32,000 bases of DNA. Source: Opitutales bacterium (GTDB lineage Bacteria; Verrucomicrobiota; Verrucomicrobiia; Opitutales; Coraliomargaritaceae). Made by a program: the position numbers and the translations under genes. This document shows, one piece after another, positions 8,572 to 17,579 of the stretch (position 1 is its first letter; each line of letters begins with the position of its first letter). A model generated the notes under the pieces. That model had not been told where the DNA came from. It did no database searches and saw only the letters and a program-made list of their open reading frames with translations. The stretch spans positions 90,001 to 122,000 of the forward strand of contig JBMYVL010000005.1 in assembly GCA_049606355.1 (NCBI GenBank), written 5' to 3'.

Positions 8572-8927
8572 TGAGTCACCTCCACGGCGAACGAATCGCA
8601 AATACAGGCAACGGGTGCAGAGGGCTTTTTAACCTTCACCGTCACCGCAGCGATCTTCTCAAAGCGTAGCAATAAGTCCGCAGCGATCGCCTCCGCGCAG
8701 CGCTCAATCAACTTGAAACGTGAGCCGGTAAAAATCGCTTCGACCGCGGCATACACCTGCGCGTAATCGACCGTGACCTCTGGAGTGTCCGCTGAAAATT
8801 CAAGCCCGTCCACCAGACGCAGGGAAAGATCGAGCTTAAAGCGCTGGCCAAGCTCCGCTTCGGCTTCGACGACTCCATGGTAGGCATAGAAGGCTAGATC
8901 ATTTAACTCAATGGTTGTCTTATTCAT
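8562..8927 (-). CDS. folB: Dihydroneopterin aldolase
   Basis: LAFYAYHGVVEAEAELGQRFKLDL and DYAQVY motifs. ATG at 8925-8927 overlaps the folP stop by 8 nt. The longer ORF-track form is a 5' shadow extension. Confidence 0.88.
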   Translation of the reverse strand: MNKTTIELNDLAFYAYHGVVEAEAELGQRFKLDLSLRLVDGLEFSADTPEVTVDYAQVYAAVEAIFTGSRFKLIERCAEAIAADLLLRFEKIAAVTVKVKKPSAPVACICDSFAVEVTQCR

Positions 8928-9756
8928 AACGTAAACAGTGGTCCATAACCGCCGCACAGTCAGCATTCTCGCGCACATCGTGGACGCGAATAAAATCCAC
9001 ACCTGCCTGTATCGCGAGTGCCGTGGTTGCCAGTGTGCCACTCAGCCGCTCCTTCGGCTCATCAATCGCCAACAGCTTCGCTAGCATCGATTTTCGAGAT
9101 GCTCCAAGCAGCAAGGGATAACCTAGCGTGCGCAACTCGTCCAGATGCCGCATCATTTGCCAATTCTCTTGGTAGGTTTTCCCAAAGCCCAGACCCGGAT
9201 CCAGCGCGATCGCATCGTCACGCACCCCAGCTGCGCGCACCCGCTCCACTGATGTCCGCAAAAACGTACGCACCGCATCCATCACCGCGCCGCAACCCGC
9301 GGCTTCATGCGGACGGTTGTGCATCAATATACAGGCCGCGCCGTGCGCCGCAATCACCCCAGCCATGTCGGGATCACGCTGCGCCCCCCAGACATCGTTC
9401 ACAATATCTGCACCTGCTCCGAGCGCCGCATCCGCCACTTCGCTCTTCGACGTATCAATCGAAAGCAGCGCATCGGTATGTGGGCGGATCTTCTCGATAA
9501 ACGGAACCACACGGCTTATCTCTTCGGAAGCGGGTACGGGCGCGTAGCCCGGGCGCGTCGATTCCCCGCCGATATCAATCAATGTCGCCCCGGCTTTCAC
9601 CATTTGATGCACGTGCAGCGCCGCCGCATCCGTATCAATAAACTCACCACCATCTGAAAAGGAATCCGGGGTGAGATTTAAGATGCCGACAAGATACGTC
9701 TGCCGGCCCAAGGGCAGCACTCGACGCTTTGTGTAAAATGTGCGCGGCTCTTTCAT
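8920..9756 (-). CDS. folP: Dihydropteroate synthase
   Basis: GILNLTPDSFSDGG, DIGGESTRPG, INDVWG, DPGLGFGK and SRKS motifs. 278 aa. Confidence 0.95.
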   Translation of the reverse strand: MKEPRTFYTKRRVLPLGRQTYLVGILNLTPDSFSDGGEFIDTDAAALHVHQMVKAGATLIDIGGESTRPGYAPVPASEEISRVVPFIEKIRPHTDALLSIDTSKSEVADAALGAGADIVNDVWGAQRDPDMAGVIAAHGAACILMHNRPHEAAGCGAVMDAVRTFLRTSVERVRAAGVRDDAIALDPGLGFGKTYQENWQMMRHLDELRTLGYPLLLGASRKSMLAKLLAIDEPKERLSGTLATTALAIQAGVDFIRVHDVRENADCAAVMDHCLRYE

Positions 9757-10575
9757 TTACCGTAATAAGGAAGCGCTTTCCTCGACGCGTGCAAGCATGC
9801 GGCACAAGTCGGAGACCGATGGATGCGCCCCGCTCGGCGTGTCAAACACGACGCCGTCAACACCCTCGATTGAATCCACCGGTAATAGGCCAAGCGATGC
9901 ATTGGTCATAAAAGCGGCATCGATCTCAGCCAGGACCTCAAGGCCAAAGCAACCTTCCTGTGTCTTGATATTTGCATGGCGCGCCTGCTGCAGCAGGACC
10001 TGGCGAACCACGCCCGGCAGCGCCCCCGTTGCCAACTCCGGAGTGCACAGAATGCCATCGCGAATAAAAAAGAAATTGGCCACCGCAGTCTCTGCCAGAA
10101 CTCCCGCAGTATTCGTACGCAAGACATCATAATAACCGGCACGGCGTGCCGTCTCCAGCAAGTAACGGTTCTCCGCATAGTTATGAGTCTTATGCCCCGC
10201 AAGCGGCGAGCGCTCATTCAACGGGTGGTTCAGCTCCACCTTTACGCGAACCGGACCGGAGGGCGCTGCAAACTTGGGGCGCGCATAGACAAACAACTGC
10301 GTATCGCACAGAGATAACTTAAGTGTGCCGCGCTCGATCCCATCCGTGTGGACCAACTCCCGCAGCGCGGCGAGCACAGCAGCTTCCGAATAGTCACAAC
10401 AGATACCGAGCGCACGGGCCGATGCGCACAAGCGCGCCCAGTGTGCCTCCCAATGCAAGAGGCGCCCTGCATCGAAACGCAGCGTTTCAAAGAGCCCATA
10501 GCCATGCGCGAAACTAGACGCGGTGGGCAGTAACTCGGCCTTGTCGCCGGAGGGGAGGATTACGATTTCAGACAT
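9757..10575 (-). CDS. pabC: Aminodeoxychorismate lyase (class IV aminotransferase fold)
   Basis: Class-IV aminotransferase features (GLFETLR, GHKTHNY lysine context). Located between pabB and folP with a 16-nt overlap and direct abutment. The pabC assignment, as opposed to ilvE or dat, rests on this context. Confidence 0.7.
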   Translation of the reverse strand: MSEIVILPSGDKAELLPTASSFAHGYGLFETLRFDAGRLLHWEAHWARLCASARALGICCDYSEAAVLAALRELVHTDGIERGTLKLSLCDTQLFVYARPKFAAPSGPVRVKVELNHPLNERSPLAGHKTHNYAENRYLLETARRAGYYDVLRTNTAGVLAETAVANFFFIRDGILCTPELATGALPGVVRQVLLQQARHANIKTQEGCFGLEVLAEIDAAFMTNASLGLLPVDSIEGVDGVVFDTPSGAHPSVSDLCRMLARVEESASLLR

Positions 10576-11915
10576 AAGGCATCGATAGTTTCACGGATTG
10601 CACGTCCCTTATCCAATGTTTCTTGATACTCACTTGCGGGATCCGAATCCCAAACGATACCGCCACCGACCTGATAGTCCAGTTGGCCATCCTTCACATG
10701 CAAGCTACGGATCGCTATATTGAACTCCGCATCCCCATTAAATCCAATGTAGCCGACTGACCCGCAATACAGGCCACGTCGTGTCGGCTCCAACCGCTCG
10801 ATGATCTGCATTGCGCTCACCTTGGGCGCACCGGTAATCGAACCTCCGGGGAAGGTCGCACGGATGCAATCAAACACATCCTTGCCGTCTGCCAAGCTTG
10901 CCTTCACTTGAGCAGTCTGGTGCATGACGCGCGCGTAGTGCTCCAAGTGATACAATTGCTCGACCTGCACCGAGCCAAATTCAGCGACCCGTCCAAGATC
11001 ATTGCGCTCCAGATCCACAATCATTAAAAGTTCCGCGCGTTCTTTTTCTGACTGCTGTAAGGCCTGCGCATTGCGCTGATCCGCTTGCGGGTCTCCCACA
11101 CGCGGACGGGTGCCTTTGATTGGGCGGGTCACCAGCGACTGCCCACGCTTACGCAAAAACTGCTCCGGTGAAGTGGACAGGACCTGTAGTTCGCCCGTGT
11201 CGAGGTAGGCGCTAAACGGCGCGGGGTTACCCTGCCGCAATGCGGCATACAACTGCAGCGGGTCGCCGCAAAACGCACTACGGGCGCGCTGGGAAAGATT
11301 CACTTGGTAGACCTCGCCACGGGCAATCGACTCCTTCACTTGCTCGATGGCTTTAATAAATTCACTACGCGTAAAATTCCACTGCCAGTCGCCACAGCTC
11401 GGCTTCGCGGGCGACTCGCTTGCTGCGCCTTGCTCAAGAAGAGTCCGCAATTCTTCCAAGACGACCGCAGCATCGGCGCGTATGCCGAGAGCGACTAAAT
11501 ACAGGACCCCGCTGCGATGGTTCAGCGCTGCGATTCCATCATACAAACCAAAATGTAGGTCCGGTATGGCGCGGTCATCGATTGCCTGCGCCTGAATCCG
11601 CTCAATCTGCCGACCGTAATCATAGGCCAAAAATCCAACGGCACCGCCCACAAACGGAATCTCGGTAGTGGCAGTATTGGCATACGGGGCCATCCGCTCG
11701 CGTAAGAGCGCCAAGCCATCTGCGCGTGAACCATGATCCACGTACTCGCCATCCTTACCGCTTAGCACCTCAAACGGATCCGCGCCAAAAAAACTCCATT
11801 CGCCCAAGCCATCATTCGATAATGTACTGTCCAAAACAAACGGATGCCGGCGACGTCCAAAACATGCCACGAGGGTCTCCACCGATGGCGGGTTCTGTAT
11901 TTCCAAGACCTGCAT
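10560..11915 (-). CDS. pabB: Aminodeoxychorismate synthase component I
   Basis: Chorismate-binding family motifs: SPEQFLR, IKGTRPR, LERNDLGRV, FPGGSITGAPK, RGLYCGSVGY. ATG at 11913-11915; the 11966 start is a TTG shadow. No pabA is adjacent. Confidence 0.85.
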   Translation of the reverse strand: MQVLEIQNPPSVETLVACFGRRRHPFVLDSTLSNDGLGEWSFFGADPFEVLSGKDGEYVDHGSRADGLALLRERMAPYANTATTEIPFVGGAVGFLAYDYGRQIERIQAQAIDDRAIPDLHFGLYDGIAALNHRSGVLYLVALGIRADAAVVLEELRTLLEQGAASESPAKPSCGDWQWNFTRSEFIKAIEQVKESIARGEVYQVNLSQRARSAFCGDPLQLYAALRQGNPAPFSAYLDTGELQVLSTSPEQFLRKRGQSLVTRPIKGTRPRVGDPQADQRNAQALQQSEKERAELLMIVDLERNDLGRVAEFGSVQVEQLYHLEHYARVMHQTAQVKASLADGKDVFDCIRATFPGGSITGAPKVSAMQIIERLEPTRRGLYCGSVGYIGFNGDAEFNIAIRSLHVKDGQLDYQVGGGIVWDSDPASEYQETLDKGRAIRETIDALCLKS

Positions 11916-11928
11916 TGCTACCGCTGAC

Positions 11929-13068
11929 TCAGTGCTGATTGGCGCGTTGCAACAAATACAAGCCAATCGCTTGGAAAAGGATATTCGGCAGCCAGATCAA
12001 CAAATCCGGACGCAACGTGACACTTCGCTCTAACCAGCTCACCGCAATGAGTAGAAAGTAAAAACTCATCGCGACGACCAAGGCGATTCCCAGGTTCGCA
12101 TAACTTTCTTTGCGCCCAACTTTCACGGCAAGCGGCACCCCGAAGATCGTCAGAGAGATGACTGAAAATGCGAGGGCGAAATTTTTCTGGAGATGAAACT
12201 GCGCCTGCAGTCGTTCCGTCGAGAGGCCCGCACCTGCTTCGGCTTCCAGTGCACTTTCTCGGAGGTCCAGCAACTGCGAAAATGTCATGTATTTGACTTT
12301 GACGCGCTCCGCGCTCGGCCGCCCGAAGACTTCATCCAGAGACCACTCAAATGGCAGCTCACCAAAGTCCAGCATATCCAAACTCATCCCACCAAACTGT
12401 TCCGGCGCATCCGGATCACGTTTTTCGGTCGTACCATCCAGCAAAGTTAGCACCAGTGTATTGTCGTCTTCGCGAAAGTCGACGCGCCCTTCACGCCCGC
12501 GGATAAAGAGCTCCACTCGCTTTTGCGCATCTAATTTCCAAAACCACACATCCTCCAACCGCTTGCCCTCGCGACTGCCGGTATAAATCACCGCACCGGG
12601 GAACTCATTGATGAAGCGGCGTGCCTCAATAAAGCTCACGGGGTTTTCACTTACCGCCGTCGCCATCAATTGCTTGTATGCCGTTCGAGACTTCGGCGCA
12701 TAGTGCAGGTTCACCATGATGCCGGCAACCACGCCCAGGCTCGCAATCAAAAAAACAGGCGCCGCTATTTGATAGAGCCCCAGACCTGCCGACTTCATCG
12801 CCGTGATCTCATTTTGCGCGGAGAGTCGGCCGAGTGCCATCAACGTTCCGGTCAACATCCCCAGCGGCAGTGCATAAGCGGCGACGTAAGGAATCAGCAG
12901 CGCAATCAATTTGATGAGTAGCAGCCACTCGAGTTGGCCGGCTACGACGAGCTCCACAATATCCTTTAGCGCATTGCCCATGAGGAGAACAAAAATAAAC
13001 AGCCCCATCGCGAGTAGGGTTGAAACGAGAATTTCCCGAAGGATATGGCGATGGAGTAATGTGAGCAT
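11929..13068 (-). CDS. LptF/LptG-family (YjgP/YjgQ) permease
   Basis: 379 aa. The N-terminal HRHILREIL... motif, six hydrophobic segments and a central periplasmic beta-jellyroll-size insert are typical of LPS export permeases. Confidence 0.8.
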   Translation of the reverse strand: MLTLLHRHILREILVSTLLAMGLFIFVLLMGNALKDIVELVVAGQLEWLLLIKLIALLIPYVAAYALPLGMLTGTLMALGRLSAQNEITAMKSAGLGLYQIAAPVFLIASLGVVAGIMVNLHYAPKSRTAYKQLMATAVSENPVSFIEARRFINEFPGAVIYTGSREGKRLEDVWFWKLDAQKRVELFIRGREGRVDFREDDNTLVLTLLDGTTEKRDPDAPEQFGGMSLDMLDFGELPFEWSLDEVFGRPSAERVKVKYMTFSQLLDLRESALEAEAGAGLSTERLQAQFHLQKNFALAFSVISLTIFGVPLAVKVGRKESYANLGIALVVAMSFYFLLIAVSWLERSVTLRPDLLIWLPNILFQAIGLYLLQRANQH

Positions 13069-13166
13069 CGGCGGCAGCTTGAGTTCTTAGTTAGTAGTTA
13101 GATGTAGCGCAAAACAACCTGATTTTCGCTCTTCACACTTCTTAGTTCTGCCTCCATGTTCGCCGC

Positions 13167-13736
13167 ATGGATACCCAACCTGACGAAGTCATCCAAATCT
13201 TCCGTGACAGTGGCGCTCTCCTCGAGGGTCATTTCGTGCTGCGCTCCGGCCTGCACAGTGCGCATTTTTTTCAGTGCGCTCAAGTCTGCCAGTACATGGA
13301 CAAAGTCACCCGTCTCGCTGAATTGATGGTTGAGCAGCTAAAAGGCTATGGCGCAACCACCGTCGTAGGGCCCGCGATGGGTGGGCTCGTGATTGGTCAA
13401 GAAGTCGCGCGACAGATGGGCCTGCGTTTCATTTTTCTGGAGAAGGTGGAGGACCGGCTCGAGTTGCGGCGTAATTTCAAATTCGCCCCTGGCGAGAAGG
13501 TCCTCATCGTCGAAGATGTGATCACGCGCGGCGGTCGAGTGGTCGAAGCCATTCAAAAATGCCGCGAACACGGTGCGGACCCTGTGGGCGTGGGTGTTAT
13601 TGTCGACCGCAGCCAGGGTCAAACCAGCTTCGACATTCCGCATCATAGTCTGGCGCAGCTCAGTTTCCCAACTTATGAAGCTGATCAGTTACCGCCGGAA
13701 CTCCAAGGGAGCGAGGCGACCAAACCGGGCAGCTAA
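13167..13736 (+). CDS. pyrE: Orotate phosphoribosyltransferase
   Basis: GHFVLRSGLHSAHFFQCAQV and the PRPP loop VLIVEDVITRGG. 189 aa. Confidence 0.9.
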   Translation: MDTQPDEVIQIFRDSGALLEGHFVLRSGLHSAHFFQCAQVCQYMDKVTRLAELMVEQLKGYGATTVVGPAMGGLVIGQEVARQMGLRFIFLEKVEDRLELRRNFKFAPGEKVLIVEDVITRGGRVVEAIQKCREHGADPVGVGVIVDRSQGQTSFDIPHHSLAQLSFPTYEADQLPPELQGSEATKPGS

Positions 13737-13738
13737 GG

Positions 13739-14038
13739 ATGAAAGCGTTGGTCCCCACCGTACGCCTCACCGGGCAGATTGAAGCACTCTCCTATTTGGC
13801 GCTGCTGGGCATCGCAATGCCACTGAAATATTTCCTCGGGCAGCCTGCGGCAGTGCAAGTCGTCGGTATGGCGCACGGCCTACTATGGATTGCATATGTT
13901 GGACTTGCTGGCCTCGGCTATCTGCAGCGCCGTTGGTCGCTGCGCACGGCAAGCCTGCTACTGCTCGCCAGTTTGCTCCCCTTCGGTCCCTTTGTTGCCG
14001 ACGCACGTTTGCTGCGCCCACTCGAAGCGGCAAAATGA
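13739..14038 (+). CDS. DUF3817-family small integral membrane protein
   Basis: ALSYLALLGIAMPLKYFLGQP...GMAHGLLWIAYV matches the DUF3817 signature as I recall it. Starts 2 nt after the pyrE stop. Confidence 0.65.
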   Translation: MKALVPTVRLTGQIEALSYLALLGIAMPLKYFLGQPAAVQVVGMAHGLLWIAYVGLAGLGYLQRRWSLRTASLLLLASLLPFGPFVADARLLRPLEAAK

Positions 14039-14088
14039 TTGAGATTTGACCCCACTCGGGGCTCGTTTACTAACAAAGGCGACCTTTT

Positions 14089-14535
14089 ATGCGCAAAGCC
14101 TTTGGCAGATTTCATCGCTCGGCGAGCACTCGCGCCACCTTCGCCCGCTTCGCTTCGGTCGGCGTGACGATTTCAGTGATTGATGCCGGTGTGCTCTATG
14201 CACTGCTAGGCTTAAGCACGAATGTTTATGTGGGACGTGCCCTCTCCATCGCGGCCGCCATGGCAGCCGGCTATGTGCTCAATCGCTACTTCACCTTTCA
14301 TCATCTAGAGACGGGACGTGCTTTCTGGCACTCGCTCCTGCGCCATTACAGCGTGCACAGCGTTGGAGCCGTCATTAATGTGGGCGTCTTCGCCATGGTG
14401 TTGAGGCTCGGCCAAATGCTGGGAGGTGAGGTGGCTGCAGCTGCCACCTTACCGCTGATCGGCGTTTGGATTGGTGGCGTCGTCGGAATGGGCTTTAACT
14501 TCTTCTTTTCCAAGCGATTGGTTTTTGACAGCTAA
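14089..14535 (+). CDS. GtrA-family membrane protein (lipid-linked glycan translocation family)
   Basis: FARFASVGVTISVIDAGVLYALL at the N-terminus, four TM segments, and C-terminal FNFFFSKRLVF. Confidence 0.8.
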   Translation: MRKAFGRFHRSASTRATFARFASVGVTISVIDAGVLYALLGLSTNVYVGRALSIAAAMAAGYVLNRYFTFHHLETGRAFWHSLLRHYSVHSVGAVINVGVFAMVLRLGQMLGGEVAAAATLPLIGVWIGGVVGMGFNFFFSKRLVFDS

Positions 14536-14543
14536 CCCGTCCC

Positions 14544-15716
14544 ATGGTCGCGCTTTTTCTCAACAGCATTGGCAGACACCTGAGTTGGTTTGCCTGCGCG
14601 TTTTGGCCCGGGAGCCACGACGGTGCGCCGCTCCGCCCGATGCGCGTCGTCTTCCTGCTGATTGGCTATCCTTTGTTTTGCGGGGTTCAGCTCTGCCACT
14701 GGCTTGGCTTTCTCATCGATGCCGTGTGTTTCCCGGCCTACCGCCAAACCGTTATTCGTACCCCGGTCTTTATTAGCGGCATTCCACGCAGCGGCACGAC
14801 CTTTGCGCACCGCAGCTTAGCCAAAGATACCACCCACTTCACCACCGTCAGTACTTGGGAGGCGGCCTTGGCCCCATCGATCGCCGAGCGCAAACTGCTC
14901 CGCGCGCTTGCCGGACTGGATCGGCGTCTGGGTGGACTCGGCGCCCGCTGGCTCGCCGCAGTGCTTTCCAAAATCAGTGGAGACTTTGATGCCATCCATA
15001 CCGTTGGGCTCAACATCCCGGAAGAGGACTATCTATGGCTCCTTCCCACAGGCAGTTGCTTCATCCTCCTCATGGCCTTCCCTTTTTCACCCTGGCTCCA
15101 ACAGACCGCTATGTTGGACCGTGCCCCACCTCACCTGCGCGAGCAATTGCTCGACTTTTACACCAGCTGTCTTCGCAAGCACCTCTATGTAAATGGCAGC
15201 GAGCGAGCGATTTTATCAAAAAATGCGGCTTTCGCGACCTGGTGCCCCGCGCTACTGGAGCGTTTCCCCGATGCAAAATTCCTGCTCTGCGTCCGCGAGC
15301 CGGAAGCCGCCCTACACTCCCAGCTCAGTTCGCTACGCACCGCGCGCAAACTCTTTGCTACAGATCCCGACGGGAGCACCACCGCGAGGACCCTTACGCA
15401 GATTTTCAGCCACAGTTACGCGACGCTCGCGGCATTCCTCCGCGAGCAACCCGCGCACAAGGTAGCGGTTGTTGTCCAGAGCGACCTACAGGCAGCGCCG
15501 GGCGCTGTGCTCCGCGCAGCAGCCAAACAGCTTGAACTTCCTCTGGATGCGGCCTGTGAGGCATATCTGGAAGCGCTCCAACAACCGCACCGTAGTGCCC
15601 ATCAGGCCATCCTCAGTCGTGAGGAACTTGACCCAATCCAAATCGATGTTTGCCTGCAATCGGCCTACCAAAGTATCCTCCAATCAGAATCTCGAATCCC
15701 GCTCCACCGCTGCTGA
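14544..15716 (+). CDS. Sulfotransferase-family protein with hydrophobic N-terminal region
   Basis: PAPS 5'-phosphosulfate-binding loop ISGIPRSGTTFAHRSL. A downstream LSKNAA.. region is consistent with the 3'-PB motif. 390 aa. Confidence 0.75.
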   Translation: MVALFLNSIGRHLSWFACAFWPGSHDGAPLRPMRVVFLLIGYPLFCGVQLCHWLGFLIDAVCFPAYRQTVIRTPVFISGIPRSGTTFAHRSLAKDTTHFTTVSTWEAALAPSIAERKLLRALAGLDRRLGGLGARWLAAVLSKISGDFDAIHTVGLNIPEEDYLWLLPTGSCFILLMAFPFSPWLQQTAMLDRAPPHLREQLLDFYTSCLRKHLYVNGSERAILSKNAAFATWCPALLERFPDAKFLLCVREPEAALHSQLSSLRTARKLFATDPDGSTTARTLTQIFSHSYATLAAFLREQPAHKVAVVVQSDLQAAPGAVLRAAAKQLELPLDAACEAYLEALQQPHRSAHQAILSREELDPIQIDVCLQSAYQSILQSESRIPLHRC

Positions 15717-15717
15717 C

Positions 15718-16881
15718 ATGGAAAAGCCCTCGTCTCAAACGCCAGCCACATCGAAGGACGATGCACTCGAGCGGAACGCCTCCCCCGCCGCTAAACTGCG
15801 TGTGGCATTCTTCTCCGATTCCCTACCCGAACGAAACGGAACGGGCGCTTACTACCACGACCTCGTAGGGCAGCTAGCCCCTCAACTTGCTGCGATTGAG
15901 GTTTTTCAACCCCTGGACCAGGTGCGCTACCTGCGCTTGTCGATCCCCATGCCGGGCGACCCCATGCAGCGCCTCACCACACCAAATCTTATTCGTATCG
16001 CCAAAGGCTATCGGGCGCTACAGCCGGATCTCGTTGTCGCCGTCACCCCCGGTCCTTTTGGTTTGTTGGGCCTTTACCATGCACGGCGCAGTGGCGCGCG
16101 TTTCATTACCGCCTTCCATACCGACTTCGAGCAACTCGCGCGGATTTACTGGCGCCCGCTCTCACGCAGTATTTGCAACGCCTACCTGCGCACTGCAAAC
16201 CGTTACTTGTGTAAACACAGCGCCACCGTACTGGTGAACAATTCCAAGCTTCGCTCCGACGTCGAACAACTGGGCGCCAAGCACGTGGAGGTCATGGGTA
16301 CGCCACTACAACCGAGCTTCCTGAGCAAAGCGATGCGCCCACCACCGGATGTGATTCAACGCATCTGCTTCGCTGGACGCCTCGCAGCGGAAAAAAATGT
16401 CGACCAAATCATTGCCGCCGCCGCCCACTTCCCGGACATTGAATTTGTAATCGGCGGAGAGGGTCCGTTACGGCGTAGCCTCGAAGCCAGCGCAGCGGCA
16501 CTCAACAATGTGCGCTTTACCGGGTGGCTCACCCGCGAAGAGCTGATCGATTTATTGGACAGTGCCAGCTTCCTGTTGCTGCCCTCGAAGCTGGAAACAT
16601 TCGGTTCGGTTGCGCTGGAAGCGATGGCGCGCGGCCGACCCGCGCTTGTTTCCGCGAATGCCGGGATCCACGACTGGCCCCTGCTGCGTGCGGGCCTGAT
16701 TGCCCTACCCAAAGGGCAAGACCTGGCCGATGCCATCCGTGCATTACTGCAGCTCTCCACAACTGAGCTCCACCACAAAGCTCGAAGTGCGCGAAATGCT
16801 GCCGAGCAACTCAATCGCGAAACAATTGGTCAGTGGGCCAGCGTGCTTGCCAACTATGCCAGCCACGCTCCACCGCGATGA
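15718..16881 (+). CDS. GT4-family (GT-B, retaining) glycosyltransferase
   Basis: ATG at 15718, 1 nt after the sulfotransferase stop. RVAFFSDSLPERNGTGAYYHDL N-terminus. E-x7-E motif ETFGSVALE in LLPSKLETFGSVALEAMARGRP. Confidence 0.85.
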   Translation: MEKPSSQTPATSKDDALERNASPAAKLRVAFFSDSLPERNGTGAYYHDLVGQLAPQLAAIEVFQPLDQVRYLRLSIPMPGDPMQRLTTPNLIRIAKGYRALQPDLVVAVTPGPFGLLGLYHARRSGARFITAFHTDFEQLARIYWRPLSRSICNAYLRTANRYLCKHSATVLVNNSKLRSDVEQLGAKHVEVMGTPLQPSFLSKAMRPPPDVIQRICFAGRLAAEKNVDQIIAAAAHFPDIEFVIGGEGPLRRSLEASAAALNNVRFTGWLTREELIDLLDSASFLLLPSKLETFGSVALEAMARGRPALVSANAGIHDWPLLRAGLIALPKGQDLADAIRALLQLSTTELHHKARSARNAAEQLNRETIGQWASVLANYASHAPPR

Positions 16882-17579
16882 AAGCATTACTGAGCATTCA
16901 TGACTGCATGCCGGAAACTTTGGAGCGCGTGCTTACACTGATCGAATGGCTCCAGTCGCTCGGCGTGCCTCCCCTTACCTTGTTGGTCGTGCCCGGGAAA
17001 AACTGGACAGCGAGGCAACTCGAACAACTGCACCGTTGGGTCGAGCAGGGCCACACCCTCGCTGCTCACGGCTGGGACCACCAGACCCAGCCGCGCCGGG
17101 CTTATCATCGTCTGCACGCCTACCTACTTTCCCGTAATGTCGCAGAGCACCTCGATCTGAACTCCACGGAAATCCTAAATCTCCTCTGTCGCGCCAAAGC
17201 GTGGTTTTCTCAGCACGCCCTCCCCGAACCCGAATTATACGTACCGCCCGCTTGGGCGCTCGGCACACTGCACCGCAACGATTTGGCAAAAGCCCCCTAT
17301 TGCCAGATCGAAACAACTCGTGGTCTGTATCAGATCCACAACCAGCGCATCCAGCGGCAATCCTTGCCGCTGGTCGGTTACGAAGCCGATACCACACTCC
17401 GCGCAGCCTTCCTGCGTCGCTGGAACCAGGCACAAGCAGGTCGTGCGCAGCGCCGCCAGCTGCCGCTACGTATTTCGATTCATCCGGACGACTTACAACT
17501 CCGTCTTGCCGACCAAATGCAAGCGCAGCTCTGCGCCGTCACAGAATTCCTTCATTATCGCGATGTATCTCCTAACTGA
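16878..17579 (+). CDS. DUF2334 / polysaccharide-deacetylase-like protein
   Basis: ATGA start/stop overlap with the GT4 gene (16878-16881). LLSIHDCMP... and LAAHGWDH motifs resemble the DUF2334 deacetylase-fold family. Confidence 0.6.
   Translation: MKALLSIHDCMPETLERVLTLIEWLQSLGVPPLTLLVVPGKNWTARQLEQLHRWVEQGHTLAAHGWDHQTQPRRAYHRLHAYLLSRNVAEHLDLNSTEILNLLCRAKAWFSQHALPEPELYVPPAWALGTLHRNDLAKAPYCQIETTRGLYQIHNQRIQRQSLPLVGYEADTTLRAAFLRRWNQAQAGRAQRRQLPLRISIHPDDLQLRLADQMQAQLCAVTEFLHYRDVSPN

Noticed and set aside
15469-15717. The 5' extensions of the GT4 ORF (15469), the RloB-like ORF (17320), the MauE ORF (18845), the pabB ORF (11966), the folB ORF (9041) and the folK ORF (8601).
   Set aside because: Each extension runs through the well-supported upstream gene in a different frame, and several begin at TTG or GTG. 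Internal ATGs give the expected family N-termini with short or no overlaps.
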